DNA of 64,000 bases from Malacoraja senta (GCA_038087875.1 CM075988.1:14572001-14636000), one strand, 5' to 3'. Shown: positions 1-19,957, numbered from the stretch's first letter. The notes: generated by a model not told the origin, from the letters alone. Translations and numbers: made by a program.

Positions 1-194
1 GGACGGCCTGATGTACAGGCCCTCTCATCGGGATGATCCAAACTCCGACGTCGAGACGGTCGAACACACTCCATGGCTTGGAGCGCCCGAATCGGCACTT
101 TCTTACTGGAGACCGCGGCTTCAGAATGTTATAGGCCGCAGGCCGGCGGTCGGAGCTCTTCTCTAGCGATCCTCGGCAAGGGATCTCAGACTCC
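1..194. repeat. GC/CpG-rich interspersed repeat fragment, truncated by the window start (family not identified)
   Basis: CpG-rich segment with an abrupt boundary into a degraded CR1 3' end at ~195. Composition resembles the GC-rich insertion at 17357-17915. Confidence 0.35.
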
Positions 195-475
195 TCTGAG
201 CAGAGAAATCTGTAACCAGAGAGCGTAGGTTTAAGGTAAAGGAAAAGGAACCTAGTTAGGATTGGAATAAATGTTTATACGTGGAAGGTGGTTGAAATCT
301 GTGTTGCACTGCTGGAAGGTGTTGGAGCTTGGCACTCTCACACATTATGGCATATTTAGGTGATCACTTGACATGCCGAACATAGAAATCAGTGTTGATA
401 AATGGAATTAGTATAGAGAGTACTCAATGGCCACCAGCACACGGTGGGCGAAATGGCCAATTTCCATGACTCATT
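195..475 (+). mobile_element. Old degraded CR1 LINE 3' end
   Basis: ggtttaaggtaaagg...gtggttgaaatctg...gtgggcgaaatggcc matches the ORF2 C-terminus and 3'UTR pattern of the better-preserved CR1 copies in the window. Confidence 0.6.
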
Positions 476-1132
476 TAGTTTATTTGAAGTCAGACAACCA
501 GGCCAACGGAGCAAGGCTGGGAGGGCAGGCAAATGATAGCGGATAGATGCAGCAAAACCCTGACGGTGCTTGAGTTTATGAAAAGCATTAAGAATAGCGG
601 TCTGCTCATTATATATACGTGGCTATAATCTCCTTATATCTCCAGGAATTTTCATTCTCATTGAAAGATGAGCCAGGAGCAAAGATCACTTCTGCTGAGG
701 AGGTGGAAATAAGTTGTCTTGCTGATAGAATAGATTTCGGATTAAAGCCGAGCTCTGGATTGAACAACATGCCAACTTCCATACAGCTTGTTTAGCTTCA
801 GTGATAAAGCAGCAGAACTTCCAAGACTACTTAATAGGATGACTTTGCTCTTCCCGATATTCTTCGAAACAAATGATTATGAGCTAATGTCAGTCACATG
901 GTCCAATGGTGAGCATTGTGTGAACATTACCTGGGTAAACCGCAGAGCAAGAAATGTGTGTTTATATCCAGGGAATAGACTCTAATCAATCGCTTCCTTA
1001 TACATAGGGGCACGGTTCTTTAAAAGTCCAAGCAATAGATGCTACATGACTACAGAAAGGTGCCTTGAAAAGATAGCATCTCCAGCACAATTCCCAGGCT
1101 ATAGAAATTTCCCACAGATATCCAGAGAATTA

Positions 1133-1473
1133 GGGGCAGCACACGGTGGTGCAGAGGTTGAGCGGTTGCCTTACTGCGCCTGAGACCAGGATTCGATCCT
1201 GACTACAGGAGCTGTCTGTTTGGAATTTGTACGTTCTCCCTGTGACACGGAGGCTTTCCTGGGTACTCCGGTTTCCTCCCACACTCCAAAGACGTGCAGG
1301 TTTGTAGGTTAATTAGCTTCGCTAAAGATTGTAAATTATCCCTAGTGTGTCGGATAGTGCTAGTGTTTGGAGATTGCTGGTTGATGCAGACACGGTGGGC
1401 CAAAGGGCCCTTTTCGGCATTGTATCTCGAAACTAAACTAAACTAAACTAAACTAAACTAAACTAAACTAAAC
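1133..1473 (+). mobile_element. tRNA-derived V-SINE (HE1-like) with (AAACT)n tail
   Basis: tRNA-like head with box A/B-like ggtggtgcagaggttg / gattcgatcc; V-domain ggaatttgtacgttctccctgtgac...tttcctcccacactccaaagacgtgc; CR1-like tail gtgggccaaagggcc; about 8 AAACT units at 1430-1473. Confidence 0.85.
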
Positions 1474-1731
1474 CCACTTAGTCCTTCATGGTAAAGCCTC
1501 TTACGCCCCTCAAAACTAAAACACTCTTTTGAAATGGACATTTTGCTCAAGACACAAGATTAAAAAAATACCATTACTGCCACCGAAACCAATTAACAGA
1601 ATGGTTAACATGAGCATTACCAACCTCAGAACTATGTAATGTTCAGCATCATCAACCATTCCCAAAAGCTGATATTACATTGTCTTTAATCTGGCAAGCA
1701 CCTTTATTAACGAGAGAAAGAATAGGCGGCA

Positions 1732-1873
1732 TTTAGGGTTGGAACCGTTCTTCAATTGAATTGACACAAAACTTCACTTATTCCTTTTCTCCAGAGACGC
1801 TGCCTGACCCGCAGTGATTCAAGCATTTTGTGTCTATCTTCGGTATGAGCCAGCATCTGCAGTTCATTCCTAC
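1732..1873 (+). mobile_element. Degraded copy of Penelope-like pLTR/hammerhead-bearing repeat
   Basis: ccttttctccagagacgctgcctgacccgc...cattttgtgtctatcttcgg...cagcatctgcagttc is the shared family body. The ribozyme core is decayed. Confidence 0.55.
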
Positions 1874-2461
1874 ATCTTTATTAATTGACGGCTGTACAAC
1901 AACTGCACAATCCAGGGCCCATCAGGACACTTGGACTTCAAGGTACTTGAATGAGTAGAGGGATGTGGTAATACGCAAGTGGGATTAGGATGGATAAAAA
2001 TGATAATCAGCAAAGACATATTGGACCAAGGGACCAGTTTCAATGCTGTACAACTTTACGACTATGTTCTCTCACGGTATCTGAAATATACAAACCTTGC
2101 ATTCAACACCATTACTTTTTCCTTACAAAAACAGCCTGAAAAGCACCTCAGATGAGGCCAATTAAAAATCAAGAATAGAGTTCTTTGTTCATTTAATTTA
2201 AAAAAACAAAATGGCAAGTTTTACCCTTTCCTATCATTCTGTATAATGTTAAAAATAGAAATCAACCAATACTTTCTTTGTCATGGACCTAGCTCATTTT
2301 ACATAAAGTTCCCGTTGACCAACTAACTTATTTTATTCCCCATTATTCCCCATCTATTTATGCCTCAATACAATGTTTTGTTCTCATAGTCCGCCATTAA
2401 CTGGAGGAGAATTACAACTAATTATTTCAACTGCTGGACATCTCCCACTACTGAAGAAATA

Positions 2462-2620
2462 AGGTCAAGTTTGGGTGTCAAGGGTAATGGGGAGAGGGCA
2501 GGAGAATGGGGTTGAGAGAGAGAGAGAGATCAGCCATAATTGAATGGCAAAGTTTAGTTGATGGGCCGAATGGACTAATTCTGCTCCTATCACCTATGAA
2601 AATGAATTTATGAACTTACG
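2462..2620 (+). mobile_element. CR1 LINE 3'UTR fragment
   Basis: gtcaagggtaatggggagagggcagga...gatcagccat...gatgggccgaatggactaattctgctcctat resembles the CR1 end at 27980-28110. Confidence 0.7.
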
Positions 2621-3224
2621 TCTCCAACTCTGTCAGGAATTGGCTCATTGAATTGCCAATCCAAACTAACATCTTAAAGAATGGTTCACACTTCCTTAAA
2701 GCACAGGTCTTACCCAACAATGTGTGCCCAACTAGAAATCCTGCTGAATTAAAGTAATCCGATATCTTCAGGATCCACGCACTGCTCTGCACATTGTTTC
2801 AATTAGAGATGATCCTGCACATATTTCCGTTAATAATCTCATCAGTTATCCCGGCTAATGGATGTAATTATGCGTATACCATAGACTGATTCCCAGGAGC
2901 TGAAATTTGCAATGAAGAACAAAATTGAAATCAGCAAAATTTTCACAAAAACATTTGGTCATTTGAACAAAAAAAGGGAAATGTGAGAGCACATTAATGG
3001 TTCAATTTGATCATTTTTTAAATGTCTCCAAAAAAGAATATACCTGTTTGGGCACCATGTTGCATGAATGAAAGGGTCAGGACAACTGAATTAAATTAAG
3101 AATGAGAACATTTATTCACGCTGATCAACTTCTACTTGGAGCTAGTTTTCTACTAGTAAGCAGGCCCATTTGAGATAAAGAAAATTAAAAATGGAAATTC
3201 TAGGTTGACACCTCCAAGACGGTA

Positions 3225-3697
3225 AGAAATTGTGGACACACCCATGACCATTACACAAACCAACCTCCCTTCTATTGACTCCATTTATATCTCACGCTGC
3301 CTCAGCGAGGCCAGCAGCATAATCAAGGATGAGTCGGACCCTGGCGACTCCCTCTTCACCCCTCTCCCATCAGGCAAATGTTATAGAAGTGTGAAAACGC
3401 ACGCCTCCAGATTCAAGGACAGTTTCTTCCCAGCTGTTATCAGGCAACTGAATCATTTTACCACAACCAGAGAGCAGTACTGGACTACTATCTGCCTCTT
3501 TGGTGACCCTCGCACTATCCTTGATCGGACTTTGCTGGCTTTGCCTTGCACTAAACGTTATTCCCTTATCATGTATCTATACACTGCAAATGGCTCGATT
3601 GTAATCATGTATTGTCTTTCTGCTGACTGGATAGCATGCAACAAAAGCTTTTCACTCTATCCCGGTACACGTGACAATAAACTAAACTGAACTGAAC
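3225..3697 (+). mobile_element. Rex1/Babar-clade LINE 3' end
   Basis: Translation DSLFTPLPSGKCYRSVKTHASRFKDSFFPAVIRQLN fits the Rex/Babar C-terminal pattern (LF.LLPSGRRYRS...R...SFFP.A.R.LN). The 3'UTR ends tgacaataaactaaactgaactgaac. Confidence 0.8.
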
Positions 3698-5119
3698 ATT
3701 GTACTCATCTGAGGCACATTTTGAGAACACTGATTTTTTGCCAAAAATGGTTGGACAGTTATTCAAATTATTTCTAACTGAAGCTCTGGCATTTCCAGTG
3801 TTAAAATACCTCACTGCACTGAATGGATTTGTATGCACACTTTGCTTGGTTTCCCTATGCCAGCTAATACTTGCCTCCTTCCAGCTGTTTAATAGTTCTT
3901 GGCTGAGTTGTAGGTGGGACAGTACATGGTACGTGAAGCATCTTATATCTGGGGAAGAAAAGATTATAACAAGATGAATCCGCACACTGTATTAAGCATG
4001 CTTCCTGTTGATGGCTATTGGGTTTAATGTGGATGGGCTTTTCCACTTCATTTCTTGTTCTCCATAACAAAATGAAAATTATTTATCCGGTAAATAAAAT
4101 AAGGACTGTTGAAAGGGATGAACAGGAAAATCAAAGTAAAACTGTGAGCAGGTATGATCTATAAAAACATTGGTTAAGTGATCATGGATATTAATTGGTT
4201 CATTTACATTTTTAGTTTTATTCCCCTGAATTTCTATGTGTCTTTTTTTAACAGTAATAAACTAAATTCCTGTCTTTTAGTAAAACAATTGATGAAAGTA
4301 ATTGATCCACACAAAAGGATGAATTGGATGGCTTTCTATAATATTTTGGCAGAAATAAACGAATCTATCAAAATAATTGTGACACAAATAAATAAAATGC
4401 CAGAGCAAAAACCTCAGGAGTATCTACCAGTGTTTTGAATTTGAAGGCTCCAGTCTCCAAGTTGTAATGTATGGCAGAGGAGAAACTGAGGCGCTAAGAC
4501 ATTGATAACAATTTTTAGTTACATCATGGACTATAAACCTGAGCCTGTTAAATTTATTATGTTATCAGAGAAAAAAATTACAAGGGTTTTGAAGTGTGGA
4601 AGCTGCACAATTATTCGCGCCATCCTACCGCACCACTTTTGATCACAGTATATACATCAGAACATTTTCAGATGTGAATCCCTTCTGACATGGGAAGTTG
4701 ATAGAGGTTGCATTCCAAGTTACACACCAATTATTTTGGAAATATATTGTTGGCCCTTCTTCATCACTCAATCCCCCTCTGTAACAGCACTGCGCGAGTG
4801 CCTTCACCTGAATTCAGCACACCAGCATCTTCTCAAGGGCATTTAGGGATGGGTGATAAATAATGGTTTTTATCAGTGATGCACAGATTTCAAAAATTGA
4901 TTCAATAAAGAAAAATAATCTCTTCATGGGAAGTCAAATGAAAAATGCAAATCATTTATCTGCATAGTAATTCTGGCAAATACTGCTCAGGAGTGAATTA
5001 TTTTCTAGTTTTGTACAGTTAATCTCTCTCCACTTCAGGATTGCTCTCATCAACTCAGTTTGCTGGTCCATTGTAGGCCTGTGTACCTAACTGTTGCTAG
5101 AACCTTTATCTCCAAGTTA

Positions 5120-5932
5120 AGAATCGATCGACTGACCAAATGGCGCCAGAACAACAACCTTGCTCTTAATGGCAGTAAATCCAAGGAGCTGATTGTTCAC
5201 TTTAGAAGAGGAAGGCCAAGGATCCACAAACCTGTCTTCAACAACGGGACAGTGATGGAGAAAGTCAAAACCTTTACATTCCTGGGCGTGGATACCTCTG
5301 AAGATCTGTCCTGGACCCAGCACATTAATACAAACATAAAGAAAGCCTATCAATGTCTCTACTTCCTTGGAAGATTGAGGAGATTTGGTATGTCGACAAA
5401 TACTCTCTCAAACATCCACAGGTGTATAGCAGAGAGCATATTGATTAGTTGCATCACAGCCTGGTTTGGAAACTCAAACGCCCAGGAACGCCAAAGATGA
5501 TTGCAAAAAGTGGTTCAGGTTCAGGAACAGCTACTTCCCTACAACCAGCCTATTAAACAATACAACCTCCAAATAAATTCCGAACAACACAGACTTGGGG
5601 GCATTGTTTTTTTCACTGCGCTATTATTGTTTTTTTTTTAATACTTTGGTCTTTTTTATTGTTTATTATGGGATTATTACAGAGTAGGGATCATGACAGA
5701 AGCCTCCTCATGGCAATCCTCAGAAACGACGACACGATGCACTCTGTGACGTGTCGGGCGAACAATTTCTGTCAACATGTTGGACGACGACAGAAGCCAA
5801 CAGCGAGCTATACTTCGTCTGACACACGAGCAAACGATTACCGAATACTATGTTTACATATCTGTTGTGCTGCTGCAAGTAAGAATGTAATTGTTCCGTT
5901 TTGGGACAAGTGACAATAGAACACTCTTGACT
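5120..5932 (+). mobile_element. Rex1/Babar-clade LINE fragment (RT C-terminal half + 3'UTR, internally deleted)
   Basis: W.QNNNLALN.SKSKELIVHFRR, FLGVDTSEDLSW, KKAYQCLYFLGRLRRFG, ESILISCITAWFGN. Tail gtgacaatagaacactcttgactc. Interrupted by a 150-bp insertion at 5687-5836. Confidence 0.8.
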
Positions 5933-7415
5933 CACATTGGAACCTAAATTGCCACTGATCAGAGATCGTAATGGACAGGTCTTTGTCAGCTCATTGTTCT
6001 TGAGCCCAAGTCAACTATAGGTTCACATGCTCTGCAGGTTGGCTTATGAATATAAAGTACAGTTTTACCAATAGTTGATGCCTTTTAGGCTAATAAATAA
6101 ATTAATATATAATATTGTGTGTTACATCATATTGTCATGTTCTACCTTCCTTTGTATTGATCAAAAAGTACACAGAGAAAGGGAAAATACCTGAGGATTT
6201 CCAGCCGGTAAAGAAAATGTATTCAAGTTCAAGTTTGCGTTTATTGTCACATAACCAATTAAGGTACAGTGAAATTTAAGTTATATGCAATATCAGTTTT
6301 ATTGCATATTCTAATATGCAATATCAATTTGCTTGCTAAATATACTGTGCTTATTAATATTAAAATGCTTGCATAAATACTCTTCTGGCAGATGAAGAAT
6401 AGACAAGATTCAATGTAAAAGTTCTCCGATCGACCCCAGTAATCAAGTTGGCATTAACCTGATATTTCTCTACCCCATAGTTATTCAATGATGTGTCTGC
6501 ATGAAATTGCCTCTCTATTCATGCATTAGAATCAGAGAAACTTCCAGTGCAGGAGTTATTTATTCTGCTCATCACACTGTGCTGGTTCTTTCAAAGAGCA
6601 GAGGTCTATAGCACCACAGTCCTGGTCTTTGTCCATAACCATTCCAGTTGCTCATTTTAAAATATATCTAGCTAGCCTCTTTTGGAAGTTTTAAAAAATG
6701 GAATCAATTTCCAGCATCTTTTTATGTACAGTACTCTAGATCCCAATGTTAGCAAAATAATTCTCTTTATCACCCCTCTGGACCCTTTAATGGCCTCTTG
6801 CTATCTGTTTCTATGCATCATCCATCTGCCTCTGCCTCCTAACTCCATCCCTCCCTCATTTGCTTGATATCTTTCATCCTTCTTCATTCCACCAGTGACC
6901 TCTAGATTCTGCTCACCATTGCCCCCTCCTCTTTATACTTGCTGTGCCCCCTCTCCGGCTTTAACCTGAAATGTTGACCATTCCTTTCCATCCATAAATA
7001 CTGCTTGATCTGCTTGAGCTCCTTCAGCAGATTGTTGCTCCAGGTTTCAGCATCTACAGTCTCTTGTGTGTCTTCCTGCTAGACCTGCTGTTCACCGACT
7101 AGACAGGACAGACTTTTCCCACCTTATCAAATCCTCTCAACATATTGAAAACCCATGGTAGGTCACCCATTAACCCCATTCACATTTTTAATGGAACTTC
7201 GTAATTGCAATCCCTTATCCTTGGTTTGTCTTTGGCTTGTACTGTGGATTTATGCTCACTGGACGCTGGATTGAAGAAACAGAAACCTAATCTACATTAC
7301 AGACGGACGGATAAAATGGCACAGGGAAATTTATCCCTTAGATTTGTTGGAAACTGAAAGAAAATTTTAACATTTAAGTCTGACTGCAAAGATCGCAACA
7401 AAAGGAAAATATTAA

Positions 7416-14619
<7,204 letters not shown>

Positions 14620-16339
14620 TAGGATTGTCATTTACAACTGGGATAGGTCATATTGAATACAAACTTAAATGGGGTTAGTTATATAAGCAGTGACATGTGT
14701 CAAAATAGTTCTTTTCAATAAATAATTATCACCTCTATTGTCAAGCATTTGTCAGATTTGGGGCTGGTTTTGAATGAAAATTTCGAAAGATATTAATAAA
14801 CCAAATGAAGCCACCCACCATTTCCTGCTATTGGCATTTTTTTTCAATGATATTTTCACAGGTTTGCATCTATTACAACAGTTACCTGTGCAAAAATCCT
14901 AACATAAGCAGAAACCATAGCTTACTTGATATGACAACTATAATGGCAGGTTTACTCCAAGTGAGAGCTGCAGTGCCAGAGTACACTGGGCAGCAAGTAC
15001 TATATTAGCCATTTAGGCCAGGAATCTAAGACATATTCCTACCCTTAGAACCTAAGCATGTCATTTCAAATACGGAAATTGCCAGGGTATCAGCAAATCC
15101 TCCATCATGATTAATGTTAAGTTTAACATCTCATTGTTCGACTACAGCGAAATCTGTGATCTTTCAATGAATAAAATGCAGTTTTGTTATCATGATGACT
15201 TTGTACGTTTTTTAAATATGGAAAATAGAGTTAATTAACTAAGTGCATCGACACTGTGCGGAGAAGTACATTAGTTACTCATGTCTGACATGCGGAAAGG
15301 GAGGCTATAAAGCATATTGTCAGTAAGGCCTTCATTCAGCCTTCCCATCTGCTTGCAACTCGTTGTCAATTTACCACATTTATACTTTCCTTCATCAGAG
15401 AAAAAAAAATCCTTGTAAACGATTCACTTGCAGTAGTGTTCTCATGTTTGAAAATTATTGTTGGTAGGAGTGCACGTATTTGGAGACAGTGATGAGGGAA
15501 TCCTCAACTTACATACTAGTTTTTCTTTGGATCTTTTACACCTGCTTTGAAGAAGACAGGAGTGTGAGATCATTCACCCTAGCCGTGACTCACCTTGCCA
15601 TCTGTCAAAAAAGCCATCCACTGGCTTGTCAACAGCAACAAAAATGGTTTAATTGCTGACAAACTTTATTAGGCACAATAGAATGACACCTGAGATGTCC
15701 CTCGGGTTATCTAACATTTTCCCTGAGGCTGCAATTCAATGAGACTACATAGCAAAGAGCCAGCACTATTGATCCTCGAGAATGTTGCTTATCGATGTTA
15801 CCAAGCCAAAAATCACCTGGCACAGAAACAATTGTTGTGTTCACATGCAACTGAAATATCCTGAGCAAGAGTGCACTACCAGTGATCATTCACGCATTAA
15901 CCCTTGGCACCCAGCAAGAAACAAACTGCTGGAGGAACTCAACAGGTCAAAAAGCATCTCTGGAGGCAAAGAGATGGTCAACATTTGGGGTCGAGACTCT
16001 GCTTCAGACAAATTTCCCTCCCATCTACCGGCCCCTGCCTTGCTCCTCCCTGTCACCTCTTTATATTGATTATCTTCCCTTTTCACTCTCTGTCTTGTTA
16101 CATTATCTTGAACCAAAACACCAACCACTCCTTTGCCTTCACATGTCTTCCACCATTTTGTTGTTTGCTGCAGATTTCAACATCTGCAGTCTCTGGTGTC
16201 ATACCTGTACACAGCTAGAATTGGGATTTCCTTGGAGCTACTCTAATTTGCAAAAGTCAAAATCTCTGCAGTGTCTCCAGCTCTCGGTGGGATATCTGTC
16301 CCCTATTGGTATCCCCTGTGGTGATATCAAGGCAAACGT

Positions 16340-16920
16340 GATTTTTATATTTTATTTTTATTCTTATATACACAAGTACAATGGTGATACAGGAGGAATT
16401 AAAAACTTGTTTACAGTGGTGTCACTAGGATGTGGACTCAGACAACACAGAGAACATAAATTACATATAAATTCTAGAAGACTGAAAAGAAAAAAAGACT
16501 GAAAAAACAAGACATTAGTACAAAACAGAATTTGAAAACAAGTCTATGGTAGTGCAAGATGTGATCCTTTGCTAAGGTAGGATTAGGGTCGTGCAAGTTG
16601 GTTCAAGTACCTGATGATTGTACGTAGGTAAGTAGCTCTCCCTGAACCGGGTGGGGTGAAACAAGAGGCTTCTGTACCTCCTACCTGACGGAAGCAGCGA
16701 GAAAGTGGCCTTACCTGGAAGGCAGGGAATCTTGATGAAAGATGATTGCCTCGTGGAGATGTTTCTGATGGAGGGGAGGGCTGTGCCCATGATGGACCGG
16801 GCTTAGTCTACCTCCAATATAAAGCCTTGCATTCCTGTGCATTGGAATTGTTGTACCAGGCCATGATGCAACCAGTGAGGATATTTCTATGCTGCATCTG
16901 GAGAAGTTTGTTAGATGACT
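16340..16920 (-). mobile_element. Rex1/Babar-clade LINE 3' fragment
   Basis: Minus-strand translations NILTGCIMAWYNNSNAQECKAL and FSLLPSGRRYRSLLFHPTRFRESYLP. Confidence 0.75.
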
Positions 16921-17236
16921 GGAACTGGCCACTCCCTCTCCTCCCCTCTCCCATCAGGCAAAAGGTATAGGTGTGAAAAAGCACACTTCCAGATTCAGGG
17001 ACAGTTTCTTCCCAGCTGTTATCAGGCAACTGAATCATTCTACCACAACCAGAGAGCAGTGCTGAACTATTATCTACCTCTTTGGTGACCCTCGCACTAT
17101 CCTTGATCAGACTTTGTTGGCTTTACCTTGCACTAAACGTTATTTCCTTATCATGTATCTGTACACTGTAAATGGCTCCATTGTAATCATGTATTGTCTT
17201 TGTGCTGACTGGATAGCACACAACAAAAGGTTTTCA

Positions 17237-19133
17237 TCAGGTCATAAGGTCATAAGAAATAGGAGTGGCCCGTCAAGTCTACTTCGCCATTCAATCAGGG
17301 CTGATCTATCTCTCCCTCCTAACCCCATTCTCCTCCCTTCTCCCCATAACCTCTGAGACTGAGCTGTGGCGGCGTACCGGCGTACCGGTGGCGGCGACTC
17401 AACTTCGGAGCTGTGGCGGTGTACCGGCGTTCCGGCGGCGGTGGCCCGACTTCGGAGGCTCGGCCGCGGGCCCAGTGGACGACATCGTCTGGAGCTCGCA
17501 GGTCACAGGTTGGTGACCTGTTTTTTCGGAGCTCCCGCAACAACAGCTTCGTCCGCTGGACTGGAGGGCGGCAGCTTCGGCAGCTTCGACCACCCCGGGC
17601 CGCGGAGTTTGAACCAGCCCGTTCGCGGAGCTTGGATTCAGCCGCGGGACTGACTCACTTACCATCACCCAGCGGGGTCACAACATCGGAAGCCTGGGTC
17701 GCTTCAGCGTAGAGGGAGAACAAGGAGGGAAGAGACAAAGACTTTAAGACTTTTGCCTTCCATCACAGTGAGGAGGTGCCTGGTGAACTCACTGTGGTGG
17801 ATGTTAAATTTGTGTTTATTGTGTGTTTTTGTTATTTTATTATATGTATGACTGCAAGGCAACGAAATTTCATTCAGACCGGAAGGTTTGAATGACAATA
17901 AAGGATACTTTTTTTACACCTGTACTAATTTGTATCAAAATACCAAGAATCTATCGATCTCTGCCTTAAAAATATCCACTGACTTGGCCTCTACAGCCTT
18001 CTGTGGCAACAAATTCCACAGATTCACCACCCTCTGACTAAAGAAATTTCTCCTTCCTAGAAGAACGTCCATCAATTCTGAGGCCGAGACCTCTAGTTCT
18101 AGTCTCTCTCACTAATGGAAACATCCTCTCCACTTCCACTCTATCCAAGCCTTTCACTATTCTGTATGTTTCAATGAGGCCCCCTCTCATTCTTCGAAAC
18201 TCCAGCGAGTACAGGCCCAGTGCCGACAAATGCTCATCATAGGTTAACCAACTCATTCCTGGGATCATTGTTGTAAACCTCCTCTGGACCCTCTCCAAAG
18301 CCAGCACATCCTTCCTCAGATATGGTGCCCAAAATTGCTCACAATATTCCAAATACGGCTTTACCAGTGCCTTATAAAGCCTCAAAATTACATCCCTGTT
18401 TTTTGTGTACAAACCCTCTTGAAGTAAATGCTAGCATTGAGTTTGCTTTCTTTACTATCGATTTGACTAGCAGATAAACTTTTTGGGAATCCTGCACCAG
18501 CACTCCCAAGTCCCTTTGCACCTCTGATTTCTGGATTCTCTCCCCATTTATAAAATATTCTACGCCTTTATGCCTACTACCAAAATGCATGACTTCACAC
18601 TTTACTGCACTACATTCCATCTGCCACTTCTCTGCCCAATCCCCCAGCCTGTCCAAGTCCTTCTGCAGAGTCCCTGCTTTCTCTACAATATCTAACACTC
18701 CACCTATTTTCATATCATCTGCTAACTAAAGCCTTCAATCCCCTCGTCCAAATCATTAATATTCAATGTGAAGAGTAACGGCCCAGCACCAACTCTTGCG
18801 TATCTACATTAGTCACTGGCAGCCAACCAGAAAAAGCCCCCTTTATTGCCAATCTTTGTCTTCCAGCCAACCTGCTATCCGTGCGAGTATCTGCCCTTTG
18901 ATACGGTGGGGTCTCATCTTCCTAAGCAACCTAACATGTGGTACTTTATCAAAGGCTTTCTGAAAATCTAAATATACGACATCTACTGACTCTACTTTGT
19001 TTGTCCTGCTATTTAGTTCTTCAAAGAATTCCAGCAAATTTGTCAAGCAAGTCCTCCCCTTCACAAAGCCATGCTTACTTTGGCCTATTTTATCGTGAGC
19101 TTCTAAGTACATCCTTTACAATGGACTCTAAAA
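17237..19133 (-). mobile_element. 5'-truncated, frameshifted CR1 LINE (RT + 3'UTR), interrupted at 17357-17915
   Basis: Minus-strand ORFs HGFVKGRTCLTNLLEFF, VDVVYLDFQKAFDKVPH, LQKDLDRLGDWAEKWQM, YKALVKPYLEYCEQFWAP. The 3'UTR tail (cttatgac repeats on the minus strand) lies at 17237-17356. Confidence 0.9.
17357..17915 (+). mobile_element. GC-rich non-autonomous retroposon-like insertion with Rex/Babar-like tgacaataaa tail
   Basis: Precisely interrupts the CR1 3' region (…ataacctctga | acacctgtactaat…). CpG-rich 5' part with an internal ~48-bp duplication; ends gaatgacaataaaggatac followed by a T run. Confidence 0.6.
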
Positions 19134-19805
19134 TCACTGTGCCTCAGTACATGTGACAATAAACTAAACTGGACTGAACAGAACTAAGTGAAATATATGC
19201 AGGATTTGCTATGTTACTTCCTTGTGCTTGGCAACAGAGGGTTAACTGAAAACAAGTCTAGGGTCACAGCCTGGCAAGACTGACCTCAAGCTATCACCAT
19301 GGACATTAAGGCTGGCCAACCATAACCAAAGCTGGTAACATGCAAACTTTCATTTAATAGATTGTTGCGTTCTGCTGATGTTGCTCCTTCCCCTCCAGGC
19401 ACAATCAGAGGAACTTATCATAGCTTTATCATGACATTGCTCATCCAGTAAAGGTCACAACAGCTGCACTGTGAAAATCTACACTGTGCATAATTTGAAG
19501 GAGTGATTGTACACATTCACAAAATCTATTTCAGTATGTGACTGGCTTTGATATTCCAGTTCAGGTCAGTGCAGGGCTGACATCTCAAGATTACCTCTGG
19601 CAGGATCATTTGCATTTTGAACAGCTTTTGTTGCCAAGTTAACATTGAAAAGCCAACAGGTTTATTTTGTTGAACTACATCATTCTGTGCCCTCCGGCTC
19701 ATTAAATTAGTGAAGATTTCATAGTCTATCTATTAAACTCGACGTGAGTCACTTTAAAAAATATATATATTCAGAGACACAAGTCAATCTATGACATCAA
19801 ACAAG

Positions 19806-19942
19806 GGGTGGGAGATTGCAACCTTCACGTGGTCCACCCTCTTTTGACTAATGCAATCAACCCGACGTGCACAAACAAAAGATCAAATAGAACAAGTTGA
19901 ACTACAACTTTAGGCTGTGCAGGCCATACGCAAGAAGAAGAA
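19806..19942 (+). mobile_element. Short 5'-truncated LINE end with (GAA)n tail and 13-bp target-site duplication (possibly Ingi/Vingi-type)
   Basis: TSD gacatcaaacaag (19793-19805) / gacgtcaaacaag (19943-19955); ends gccatacgcaagaagaagaa. The clade assignment is tentative. Confidence 0.6.
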
Positions 19943-19957
19943 GACGTCAAACAAGAT

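Larger units (their letters stand above)
16930..19186 (+). mobile_element. Rex1/Babar LINE 3' end split by a CR1 insertion (pieces 16930-17236 and 19134-19186)
   Basis: 16930-17236 closely matches 3350-3655. The missing remainder (tcactgtgcctcagtacatgtgacaataaactaaactggactgaac) resumes at 19134. Confidence 0.8.

Noticed and set aside
1133..1210. tRNA-like sequence with box A/B
   Set aside because: It is the head of a SINE and continues into the V-domain; not a tRNA gene. The same holds for the other SINE copies.
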